Origin: a virus | Length of the DNA stretch: 59,361 nt | Strand: one strand, 5' to 3' | UHGV virus genome: UHGV-0259576 | Shown: positions 46,895 to 54,984 of the stretch, one piece after another | How the letters are laid out: each line of letters begins with the position of its first letter | Position numbering within the stretch: the stretch's first letter is position 1 | Position numbers and translations under genes: made by a program | The notes under the pieces: model-generated | Told to the model about the DNA's origin: nothing | The model's database searches: none | The model's input: only the letters and a program-made list of their open reading frames with translations

Positions 46895-46927
46895 AATGAA
46901 AAACTCCCGTCGTTGCCTTCGGGAGTA

Positions 46928-46956
46928 ATATTAGTTGCACACGAATCGTATGTCAA
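46928..46956 (-). promoter_or_regulatory. conserved leftward promoter/operator copy D (minus strand TTGACA-N17-TAATAT, with dyad CATACGATTCGTGTG in the spacer)
   Basis: One of four near-identical ~32-bp elements (others at 49280-49308, 54355-54383 and 58183-58211). Confidence 0.6.
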
Positions 46957-46968
46957 ACGTTTTTTAAG

Positions 46969-47727
46969 TTATTCATGCTCGGGTTTCAGCCGCGGGAATC
47001 GCTCCAGCCAGCCATGATCGATAATCACCATGTACGCCTGGCGGTAGGCATCCCGTATGGCAGTGTGTTGCGCTAACGGGCAGCGTACTTCCGCCTGTGC
47101 GTCAGCGAGTTCCCACAAGCCGCCTTCTCCCGGTCTGAGACGGCTCCAGCGCTTCATGAGGGTACGGGTGTCGTTCTCCTGACGGAAATTCCATGGCCCT
47201 TTACCTTCACCGCCGAACAGAACGTTTTCCAATTGGATAATATCTACGCGCGGTGCATGCCCCCAGACCTGCAGGTCCAGTTCTGCGAAATAATCTGGGC
47301 GGCCATGCTGCTTTAACTTGGTATCCCGGACGAAGTTCATTTCCTCCGGCCTTACTTCAACATAATCGCGAAGGGTTTCGTTCAGCCAGTTCCCGAACTG
47401 GAATGCGGCGGCGTCAATCGACCACGTATCGTCATCTGACCGAGTGAAGTTGAACGTTTCCATTGCGGCTTCCGGGTTTTGCAGCGCCTGCATGATCCAC
47501 CATTTAACGGTGTCCGGATCGATATGGCCGTTCGGCTTCCCGCGTTCCTGTTTAAGCGAAAAGCTGACATCTTCCATCCAGCCTTCGTCCGCGTGGAACA
47601 TGACGCACGCAAATGACAGCAGGTGGCCGTTGGTCATGCATGACAGGTTTTCCACGTCGAATACGAGGTGGATTTTGCCGATATGTTCTGGTTTTGCTTT
47701 CATAGGTGTTCCCCTTCTTTGGTCCAT
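46969..47727 (-). CDS. DnaQ-like (DEDDh) 3'-5' exonuclease (252 aa)
   Basis: Exo I HLVFDVE. Exo III H-x4-D (HTAIRDAY). N-terminal extension. Confidence 0.65.
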   Translation of the reverse strand: MDQRRGTPMKAKPEHIGKIHLVFDVENLSCMTNGHLLSFACVMFHADEGWMEDVSFSLKQERGKPNGHIDPDTVKWWIMQALQNPEAAMETFNFTRSDDDTWSIDAAAFQFGNWLNETLRDYVEVRPEEMNFVRDTKLKQHGRPDYFAELDLQVWGHAPRVDIIQLENVLFGGEGKGPWNFRQENDTRTLMKRWSRLRPGEGGLWELADAQAEVRCPLAQHTAIRDAYRQAYMVIIDHGWLERFPRLKPEHE

Positions 47728-48020
47728 TCTCCGCTGCCGTCGGCGCGGGTCACTTTAATAATTTCGTCTTTTTCCACGTGCATCACCGGCAGCGGTGGAA
47801 ACGCTACGGTACCGTCGGTGTGGCATACCCGCACTTCCACCCGCCATGGCTTCCAGAAAATCGGGATACCATCGCAATGTCCGAGGACGATGCCGGAGTA
47901 TTCCCGACCGTTGTATTTGTCACGAAAGCGGATCATATCCCCATAGAGCGGGTAATCAGGGTCCGGTGGCATCGCTGCGTATTTCTCCGCGATACTCCGG
48001 GCTACGTCGAACATTGACAT
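47700..48020 (-). CDS. hypothetical protein (106 aa)
   Basis: ORF with overlapping start/stop with neighbours. Confidence 0.5.
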   Translation of the reverse strand: MSMFDVARSIAEKYAAMPPDPDYPLYGDMIRFRDKYNGREYSGIVLGHCDGIPIFWKPWRVEVRVCHTDGTVAFPPLPVMHVEKDEIIKVTRADGSGEWTKEGEHL

Positions 48021-48134
48021 GTTAATCTCCCATAAATGGTTCGCAGCTGGCCGCGCATCCTTTCAGGATCCGGTATGTCATGTAAGCGGAGGTACGACCC
48101 CCGCTGAACAGCACCAGTAAGCGCGGCTTTGCCT

Positions 48135-49244
48135 TTAGAGGTCGATCTCGTCAGGGTCATCGGCACGGCCATACATCTCTTCGAACAGGATCATAGCTGC
48201 GGCGTACACCAGCGTCCCGCGAAGTTCGTTGATCCGGGCCTGTTTAGTCGGCAGCGACCGGGCCTCAATGGTTTTCTTGATAACCTGCTGCGCCAGGCCG
48301 GCGTCGCTGTCCAGCATCTGCGCCATGGTCAGGATCGGCTGCTCGATGAACGGCAGGTCATTGGCATGACGCTCACGGCCTTTACCGTACGCCGCCTGTT
48401 CCAGCGCGCCGAGGAAGGTGCGCAGCAACGGCAGATAGTCATCCCGGTCTTTCTTGTTTTTGAAACGGAACATTACCGACGGGAAGCCGGACTCATCGGC
48501 TTCCATCGTCAATTCGTATTGCTGCTGTTTAGCCGCCTTAACGCCGTACGGCGCGGCCATAGCGGGCGACGTACCGACTTTACGACCCTCCCACGCGAAG
48601 GCCGCCGGTTGGTTATTCGCTTTTATCATCTTCGCGATGTTTTCCATGGCATCCTGGGCCGTACCTCCGGTGATCCTGACTTCGGTTACGGCATCCCAGC
48701 AGCGCTTAACGAGAAAATGGACGGTGGAGATAATCGTATCTGCCGGGGCATCCGGGTCGAGTTTTAATTCTTTCGCGACCGCCTCAATCGTTTTTTCCTG
48801 TTCGACGGCCTGCGCCTTCACCGCACCTACCATGGCCAGCATTTCGTCCCAGCTGCGGCCGGTGACGCCCATCGCTTTCGCCAGCTGGTCACGCATTTGC
48901 GAATCAATGCTGACCAGTTCGTCAGTGGACGGGTTACGCAGCGAAAGGAGTTTATGCCCGTTGAGATGCGCGAACATGAGATAGTTCATCGCGTCGATCA
49001 GCTTACCTTTAGCCAGCGAATCGCGAATGCAGGTGCGGCATTCATGCTCGGTCAGTTCTTTCCACGGTTCGGCTGTCGCCCAGTCTTTACGTTTTTTAGC
49101 GCCGTGGTAAAGGCGCGATAACATTTCATCGAAGACGACGTTTACGGTACGAAGGAATTCCAGGGAAAGGTAGCCCCCAATATTGCCTTCAACACTTTCG
49201 ACGGTGAGGCGCACGGCAGGCACAGTGGTATTAAGATTTGACAT
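48135..49244 (-). CDS. hypothetical protein (369 aa)
   Basis: CGGAGA SD. First gene after conserved promoter copy C. Confidence 0.6.
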   Translation of the reverse strand: MSNLNTTVPAVRLTVESVEGNIGGYLSLEFLRTVNVVFDEMLSRLYHGAKKRKDWATAEPWKELTEHECRTCIRDSLAKGKLIDAMNYLMFAHLNGHKLLSLRNPSTDELVSIDSQMRDQLAKAMGVTGRSWDEMLAMVGAVKAQAVEQEKTIEAVAKELKLDPDAPADTIISTVHFLVKRCWDAVTEVRITGGTAQDAMENIAKMIKANNQPAAFAWEGRKVGTSPAMAAPYGVKAAKQQQYELTMEADESGFPSVMFRFKNKKDRDDYLPLLRTFLGALEQAAYGKGRERHANDLPFIEQPILTMAQMLDSDAGLAQQVIKKTIEARSLPTKQARINELRGTLVYAAAMILFEEMYGRADDPDEIDL

Positions 49245-49279
49245 GGTATATCTCCGGGTTGTTTTGTTGTTCGATTAGA

Positions 49280-49308
49280 ATACTAGCTGCACACGTTCTG
49301 TGTGTCAA
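49280..49308 (-). promoter_or_regulatory. conserved leftward promoter/operator copy C (TTGACA-N17-TAGTAT; dyad CACACAGAACGTGTG)
   Basis: Same ~32-bp element. Overlaps the stop of the C5-MTase gene. Confidence 0.6.
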
Positions 49309-50489
49309 ACGTTTTCCAGAAAATCTACAGTTCCCACCATAAAGTTTCGGATGAACTGGGCGGCGACTTGCGGGACGATGGCGTTTCCGTATCCGCGCAG
49401 TCGCACCACTCGGGCGGGTACCCCATTAGCCAGCGGGAATGTGCCGGATTCAACGGGCCGGAAATTTCCATCCCTGCATAGCAGCCAGTCAGCATTTGAC
49501 CATGCGCCGTGATCCTGATCGGGAAGTCCGGAACAGGCGTACACTTCTCCATACCCTTCCTGTAACTCCCCGATAGCTGCCCCCTCGATGCCGGCGAGTC
49601 CGGTACCGTCAGCGGTGTCGGGTAGCTGGCGAGACGAACAGCGCCGCCCAGGGTCGTCGACCGATCCGGATGGCCCGCTGCGCCCGCCTCCCCGCGTACC
49701 TGATTGTTGTCGATCGTCGTCACCGTTGGCCATCCCGCCATCCCCGCGATGTCCTGCAGGCGGATATGCTTCTTCGTCCCGTCCTCCCGGAACCATCCCG
49801 CCCGCGCGTAGTCCGGACATGGGCTGCGGTCGTTGCAGGTGTTCGGCGTTGGGTAGGTCGCCAGCTGCGCCGCCACGTCCAGCCGGTCGACGGATAGTTT
49901 GCCATTCCTTATCCGCCCACCCGCGTAGCCGCCTTTCCAGTCCGTCGCTGACGAGGTCGGCCAGGTCGATAGCGCCAAAGAAAAGGCGATCTCTTTTGTG
50001 CGGGGCGCCGACGCTGCACGCTGGCAATACTGCCGATGCGCAGGCGTAGCCTTCGTCTTCCAGCTCAACGAATAGAGCATCGAGCCACAGTTCTTTAATT
50101 GCTGCGCTAACCTGTTCGCCAAAAATAGCTGGAGGTCGCAGCTCTGCGATGAGGTCGAGAAAGGCCGGAGCCAGGTGACGGGAGTCGTCCCGCCCGCCTC
50201 GTTTTCCAGCCACACTAAAAGGCTGGCACGGCGGACTTCCCGTACACACTGGCGCATCTGCCGGCCATCCGGCGAGTTTAAGGGCCAGCGGCCAGCCCCC
50301 GATCCCGGCGAAGAAATGGTGTTGGGTGAAGCCTTTGAGGTCTTCCGGTGCGACTTCTGTGATTGATCGTTCATCGACAATTCCATCTGGCAGGTGGCCG
50401 CGCCTGATTAGTTCACGAAGCCACGCTGCGGTTTTTGGGTCCCACTCGTTAAAATAGTGGAACGGTTTAGAGCCGTTTATGTATGCCAT
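49305..50489 (-). pseudogene. DNA (cytosine-5)-methyltransferase gene read across two frames (two compensating frameshifts: pseudogene, sequencing error, or recoding)
   Basis: Frame A (49305..50489) carries motifs [26 protein letters not shown] and [13 protein letters not shown], then G/R-rich junk, and ends with motif [14 protein letters not shown]. The overlapping frame B ORF (49325..50386) carries the TRD-like WPT(P/S)...D and YPTP repeats and motif IX-like [10 protein letters not shown]. Shifts map near 49977-49985 (AAAGAAAAG tract) and 49388-49405. Confidence 0.6.
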
Positions 50490-50634
50490 TCTGCGCCTTT
50501 TCCGCGCGTTGCTTGAACACGCATTCGACATGGATGGTTCGCCATGACCCGGCATAGCGTTCGTAATGGCCGGCGCCGGCCGGCACATGCTTTTTGCAGT
50601 AGTAGCAGACGCCCGCGTATTTATTTCTGGCCAT
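50467..50634 (-). CDS. small Cys/His-containing protein (55 aa)
   Basis: ATG with GAGGG SD. CYYCKK...H...ECV. Only the last 55 codons of the 160-aa ORF-track entry look real. Confidence 0.35.
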   Translation of the reverse strand: MARNKYAGVCYYCKKHVPAGAGHYERYAGSWRTIHVECVFKQRAEKAQNGIHKRL

Positions 50635-51013
50635 CTTTGACCCTCGCGAAACAGGCATACGGCCCATCGAATTCCGTCGGCGCCGTATACAGGAGAAACC
50701 AGCCGGACCCGTTAAGCGATGTCGGGCGAGGCATCCAGGTACGCAGCACGGAGGCACGCATATCGTCCGTCTTTGCGTTGTCGTACGCCACCCGCAGCGG
50801 CACTTCCAGCGCTCGCGGATAGCCTTCGCCCAGGTAGAAGCCCTCGCACTCCAGGTGGTATGCGTCCAGCAGCGCGTCGAGATTGGACCCATCGTAGTTA
50901 TTACTGGCGTGGAAGAAGACGGGGTGGTGGTACCAGGCGTCCGGGTCATACCCGTCCGCCAGGCTTACCTGCTCGCCAATTACGCCATCGTTATACACGT
51001 TTGGCTTTGGCAT
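50621..51013 (-). CDS. hypothetical protein (130 aa)
   Basis: ATG with GAGGAAGGAAAGA SD. The upstream extension in the ORF track is out-of-frame junk. Confidence 0.5.
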   Translation of the reverse strand: MPKPNVYNDGVIGEQVSLADGYDPDAWYHHPVFFHASNNYDGSNLDALLDAYHLECEGFYLGEGYPRALEVPLRVAYDNAKTDDMRASVLRTWMPRPTSLNGSGWFLLYTAPTEFDGPYACFARVKDGQK

Positions 51014-51254
51014 TCTTTCCTTCCTCTTCGGCGACTGACCAGACGACCTCGGTGAACGGGTCAGGATTGATTTTCTTTCCGACCTTATTCTGGTCGAGGT
51101 ACCAGTCGTCGCCGCACCACAGCTTGACGCCGTGGGCGTCACGGCGGACTTCCACGTCGAACGTTTTCACCTCGGTGATCTTGCCGTTACGGGTTACAGT
51201 TTTGGTTAATTTCATGGTCTTGGCCTCACGTTTATGAACACGAACATCTTTCAT
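50991..51254 (-). CDS. hypothetical Lys-rich protein (87 aa)
   Basis: ATG with GAGG SD. ATGA overlap with the Dam stop. Confidence 0.5.
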   Translation of the reverse strand: MKDVRVHKREAKTMKLTKTVTRNGKITEVKTFDVEVRRDAHGVKLWCGDDWYLDQNKVGKKINPDPFTEVVWSVAEEEGKNAKAKRV

Positions 51255-51255
51255 C

Positions 51256-51969
51256 TCATACCTCGTCCCACTGGGCGATCCACTTCTCGCGGATGTCCTG
51301 CATGATGTTGGCCATGGGCAGTCCGATGTCCATGAGCGCTTCCCGGGAGATGTACTCCGGGGCATGTTTTTCTTCGTCTTCCGGGTCGAAGATGACTATC
51401 GCGGCGCCGAAGCCCGCGGACGTGGCGCCAGCGGCATCCTTCTTCGCTTTGAACCATACCGGCGGTTCGAAACCGATGCGCCCTTTGATGAATATGGTGC
51501 GCGTGGCGATGGTATCGGGCCACCATGTTTCAGCCGTTGCCGCTTTGATCACCCAGACCGTACCCGCGCCTTTCTTCCGTTCCTCTTCCGCCTTGGCCAT
51601 GATGTTGACCATGCCGGTTAGCGGCACTTCCACAGCACGGTTACGGCTGTATGGCGGGTTGCCGAAACCCCATACCCGCCGAACGTGGTCGGCGACATCG
51701 TACACTTCCGCCTCGGCCTCCAGTTCCGCCTGTATCCTTTTCAGCCGGCCCGCCCAGTCCTGGCGCAGCGCGTTGTCCTCGGCAGTGTAATAGCGCGGGC
51801 ATTTGGCGTTCTGGCCATCGGTGAACAGGTCCAGCACCAGCGGGCCGAACAGCTTGTCCAGCGCAAAGAACAGCCAGTCCGGTGTCCGCCACTGGTCGCC
51901 TATCTCTTTCAGGTCATGCGCTTCCCGGGCTTTCAGCGCGATGAGGTTGTCAACGTATTCAGAACTCAA
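51256..51969 (-). CDS. phage-type DNA N6-adenine methyltransferase (Dam family) (237 aa)
   Basis: DQWRTPDWLF near the N-terminus, LDLFTDGQNA, DWAGR, catalytic motif IV WGFGNPPYS, GRIGFEP. This is the phage Dam (pfam05869-like) pattern. Confidence 0.85.
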   Translation of the reverse strand: MSSEYVDNLIALKAREAHDLKEIGDQWRTPDWLFFALDKLFGPLVLDLFTDGQNAKCPRYYTAEDNALRQDWAGRLKRIQAELEAEAEVYDVADHVRRVWGFGNPPYSRNRAVEVPLTGMVNIMAKAEEERKKGAGTVWVIKAATAETWWPDTIATRTIFIKGRIGFEPPVWFKAKKDAAGATSAGFGAAIVIFDPEDEEKHAPEYISREALMDIGLPMANIMQDIREKWIAQWDEV

Positions 51970-52294
51970 CTTGATGCCTCCATGTGATGATTTCGTTCTC
52001 CTGGGTGGTAGCAGTTACGAGGATGAAGCCGCTGTCAGCGTCCATCCGTTTAGTTTCGACAAAACCCGGGAGCGCTTTGAAAAACCCATCCACGTCCAGG
52101 TGGTTGAAAGCGCCAATGGAGACGCTGCATTCCATATTTTTATCGCCGCCGGCCATGTGGCTTACGGAACGAAGACTGGTACCGGTATGTTCCCGGAACC
52201 AGCGGTCAACGGACCGCAGGAATACCCCGTAATGCTCGGTGAGGGTATCGCACATAACTACGACATTTGTAACTCTACTCATGGTCATCACCAT
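51959..52294 (-). CDS. hypothetical protein (111 aa; start uncertain)
   Basis: ORF overlapping both neighbours. No clear SD. Confidence 0.4.
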   Translation of the reverse strand: MVMTMSRVTNVVVMCDTLTEHYGVFLRSVDRWFREHTGTSLRSVSHMAGGDKNMECSVSIGAFNHLDVDGFFKALPGFVETKRMDADSGFILVTATTQENEIITWRHQVEF

Positions 52295-52685
52295 TTAGTA
52301 TTTTCAGGACTGACTCACGGTTCGCCCGCAAGACGGCCATGATTGTCTTTGCATAGCTGGACTCGCCGTCATGCGATTGGCTGAACGTACGCCGAAAAGT
52401 TTCTTCCCGTACTAAGATCCGTTTGTGTTCAGGCGCGGAGGCACCGGCATACGCGCGGGATACCGGAACGATGTGTAATTCAATAGACACAAAATACTGG
52501 CCCAGCTCATTACGGTTGCAGAGTAGCTTGGTCGAATGTACGTGGTCTTCCGGACTTCCGTCGAAAAGCCCCTTCCTCACGTTCAGGTAACTTGTGATAT
52601 TAAAGGCATCCGGTATAACGCCGGCTTTCATAATATCCACACAGATTTCCCGAAGGGTATTTGGATCTGTGATGTACTTTATCAT
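52275..52685 (-). CDS. hypothetical protein (136 aa)
   Basis: ORF within the tightly packed leftward unit. Confidence 0.5.
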   Translation of the reverse strand: MIKYITDPNTLREICVDIMKAGVIPDAFNITSYLNVRKGLFDGSPEDHVHSTKLLCNRNELGQYFVSIELHIVPVSRAYAGASAPEHKRILVREETFRRTFSQSHDGESSYAKTIMAVLRANRESVLKILNGDDHE

Positions 52686-53164
52686 TTCCGTTTTTCCTTC
52701 TGTCGTGACACGAACTGGACCGGGGTGACGACCTCACCGAAATTCGGGTAACAGCTGCGCACCAGCTCCAGGGTCAGTGGGTTGATCTCCGCACGCGGCG
52801 TCTTCACGTCGTACGCGCGGTCCGGGATGTCGATGCGGCGCATGTACGTCGGTCGCATCCCGACGCGTACGGCGTAGTTATACGCTTCCTTCGGGCCGTT
52901 CGCCCAGACCACGAAGCCGACCCCGCGGCGCTGCAGATAATATGCCTGCGCCGTATTGGAGTCATCGCGAGGCAGATTTTGTGGTATCGCAGGAAAACGG
53001 GCGCTACTTCCTTTCACGGTTCCGGTATACCAATTGGTCGAAGCATGGCGTTCTTCCGAACACTCCGGCGGGTACGGGTCATTGATATCCCACGTCTTTC
53101 CGCACCAAGAACAGAACACCTGGTCCGATTGCTGGATAGCGTTTTTGTGGCCGTTAGTTTCCAT
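52682..53164 (-). CDS. hypothetical protein with N-terminal CxxC (160 aa)
   Basis: CSWCGK...PPEC. Basic C-terminus. Confidence 0.5.
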   Translation of the reverse strand: METNGHKNAIQQSDQVFCSWCGKTWDINDPYPPECSEERHASTNWYTGTVKGSSARFPAIPQNLPRDDSNTAQAYYLQRRGVGFVVWANGPKEAYNYAVRVGMRPTYMRRIDIPDRAYDVKTPRAEINPLTLELVRSCYPNFGEVVTPVQFVSRQKEKRK

Positions 53165-53561
53165 CGGTGTCCTCCATCATCCACGATGGCCATACGCCAT
53201 CGCGGATCATCTGGCGCTGGGCCTTCCAGTCAGCCTGCGCGAGTTCTTTAACCCGGGTCCGGATGACAGCGTCAGGCATAAACGCCGTCATTACTTTCGT
53301 CAGGAAAACTTTGTTGTAGGGGTCTTCCACGCGGCGGTTTAACGCCTGCGCGCAGGACTGGATCGCCGCCTTGTCATTGCCGTGTTCTTTCATGCACAGC
53401 ATGAGCGTAACGATCATGTCTATCGCCTCGGCGATATCCCGGCACGCTTTCTTTTCTGGCCCATGGACCTCAATGGAAATGCTGGTCGCCGGGAATAACA
53501 GGTGGTCTTTGTACGGGCGCAGCCAGTCCGCTTTTGCCCGGTCTTCTGCGCTGGTGGTCAT
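53154..53561 (-). CDS. hypothetical helical protein (135 aa)
   Basis: ATG with GGGAAGAGGA SD. The longer ORF-track start was rejected. Confidence 0.5.
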   Translation of the reverse strand: MTTSAEDRAKADWLRPYKDHLLFPATSISIEVHGPEKKACRDIAEAIDMIVTLMLCMKEHGNDKAAIQSCAQALNRRVEDPYNKVFLTKVMTAFMPDAVIRTRVKELAQADWKAQRQMIRDGVWPSWMMEDTDGN

Positions 53562-54325
53562 ACTTCGATGTCCTCTTCCCGGATAAGCTGCAGGGCGTTG
53601 CCGTTCACCGCCCACGGTTGCCACACGTCCACCACCAGCGCCGCACGGAATGACCGGTTGAAGCAGTTCTCGATCATCGCCCAGTTATCGTCCGGACGGT
53701 CTGACGCGATGCCATTGCGCTCCCAGTGCCACTGGCGTGGCGCCTGGGCCAGCTCGCGGAGGGGCGGGCGTGGGTGTGAGTAGGGGTTGCACAGGCCGGA
53801 ACGCAGCAGGCCGCGCTGGAGCCATGAGCGCTGCCACCAGAGGTCACAGCGGGTCGACCCGACGGCGTATTCCTCTTCCAGCATGACGCACATGATCAGC
53901 GCGCACACAGTATCGCGTGGCGCCGGCGCGCCGATGAGGTCGAAATCCTCCAGCCTCTTCGCCAGGCGGTCGGCGGACCCTTCGTCCTGCCCGTTGCCGT
54001 CGGTACGGTCATGCAGAATTACATCGAGGATGATGGCCGGAAAGACGACCTGTTTGCCGTTGCGGGTGAAGCGGGGGTCAGGCTCATTGAAGAGGGCGTG
54101 ATACAGCCGCCCGAACCACTCCGACAGGTCAGGCACGAAGTCGGCGATATCCGGCCAGCTGCGTTCCTCTGTGTTGTGGATGCGCACGGACGTCTCTTCC
54201 TCTATCGGGTCATACTCGACGCGGACGATGCAGCGCGGGCCGTGCGGGAGGGGGAAAATGTAGATGGTCTGTTTGCCGATTCGATTCTGGTCAAAGCGGC
54301 CAAACGACATTAAGTGCTTCTTCAT
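53558..54325 (-). CDS. hypothetical protein (255 aa); C-terminus ...IREEDIEV
   Basis: ATG with AAAAAGGAA SD directly downstream of conserved promoter copy B. The ORF-track TTG start was rejected. Confidence 0.55.
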   Translation of the reverse strand: MKKHLMSFGRFDQNRIGKQTIYIFPLPHGPRCIVRVEYDPIEEETSVRIHNTEERSWPDIADFVPDLSEWFGRLYHALFNEPDPRFTRNGKQVVFPAIILDVILHDRTDGNGQDEGSADRLAKRLEDFDLIGAPAPRDTVCALIMCVMLEEEYAVGSTRCDLWWQRSWLQRGLLRSGLCNPYSHPRPPLRELAQAPRQWHWERNGIASDRPDDNWAMIENCFNRSFRAALVVDVWQPWAVNGNALQLIREEDIEV

Positions 54326-54354
54326 GGGATGTTCCTTTTTGTGGACTCCCAAGA

Positions 54355-54383
54355 AATGTAGCTGAACACGATTCGTGTGTCAA
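54355..54383 (-). promoter_or_regulatory. conserved leftward promoter/operator copy B (TTGACA-N17-TACATT; dyad CACACGAATCGTGTT)
   Basis: Same ~32-bp element. Preceded on its upstream side by a strong terminator. Confidence 0.6.
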
Positions 54384-54396
54384 ACGCTTTCTGCAG

Positions 54397-54430
54397 GCAA
54401 AAAAGAAGCCCGGACAAAGCGTGCCGGGCT
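54397..54430 (-). terminator. rho-independent terminator (minus strand) separating leftward units A and B
   Basis: Minus strand reads AGCCCGG-cacgctttgt-CCGGGCT followed by TCTTTTTT. Confidence 0.65.
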
Positions 54431-54481
54431 TTAATGTCAGTGGAACACCGAGCATGAAGATTTCATCCCATGTCCCGATCA

Positions 54482-54754
54482 CTATACGTCAGGATTGCGA
54501 TAAATCAAATCCCAGTAGATGAATGTTTCCAGGTCGACTTCCGTCCAGTCCGGGTCATCCCGGAACGACAGGCAGGTGCCGGCATCCTCCGCGCAGACCT
54601 GCCCGGCGGCCGCGTTATGCAGCAGGCGGACTTCCCGGAAATAGATGAACCACTCGCGGCATGGCGTATAGGACTCGGGCTGACGGGTCTTGATGATCTG
54701 GCCCGTCTTTTTGTCCTGCCAGTACGCCGTCCGTTTCTTCGCCAGGTAGCCCAT
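54482..54754 (-). CDS. hypothetical protein (90 aa)
   Basis: Last ORF of leftward unit A. Confidence 0.5.
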   Translation of the reverse strand: MGYLAKKRTAYWQDKKTGQIIKTRQPESYTPCREWFIYFREVRLLHNAAAGQVCAEDAGTCLSFRDDPDWTEVDLETFIYWDLIYRNPDV

Positions 54755-54755
54755 A

Positions 54756-54983
54756 TCAGCCCACCCTCATGACGCGGGATCCCATGCGGCCGTAAATCGG
54801 GTCGCGCAGCACCCAGCGGATAGCCAGCTTATATCCCAACTGGTACCCCAGGCGCCGCACGTAGCCCAGGTCCGCAGGCCGCTTGCCGCTCACGAAGAAG
54901 GACTCGCCGACAGCCATAGCGCCAAGCAGGCGTTTATGCTCGGCGATATGGGGATTCGGTTTAGCGTGTTTACGGCCTGCCAT
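54756..54983 (-). CDS. small basic protein (75 aa), possible DNA-binding
   Basis: ATG with GACGAGGTG SD. Basic, helix-prone. Confidence 0.45.
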   Translation of the reverse strand: MAGRKHAKPNPHIAEHKRLLGAMAVGESFFVSGKRPADLGYVRRLGYQLGYKLAIRWVLRDPIYGRMGSRVMRVG

Positions 54984-54984
54984 G

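Noticed and set aside
49325-50386. 353-aa ORF overlapping the C5-MTase in another frame, as an independent gene
   Set aside because: Its N-terminal 100 aa are junk, while its middle and C-terminus carry MTase TRD and motif IX features. It is the shifted continuation of the MTase, not a separate gene. The plus-strand ORF 49588..50049 opposite it is also junk.
50467-50949. 160-aa ORF overlapping gene 50621..51013
   Set aside because: The first 105 aa are T/R/P-rich out-of-frame read-through of the neighbouring gene. Only the last 55 codons, with their own SD, are plausible.
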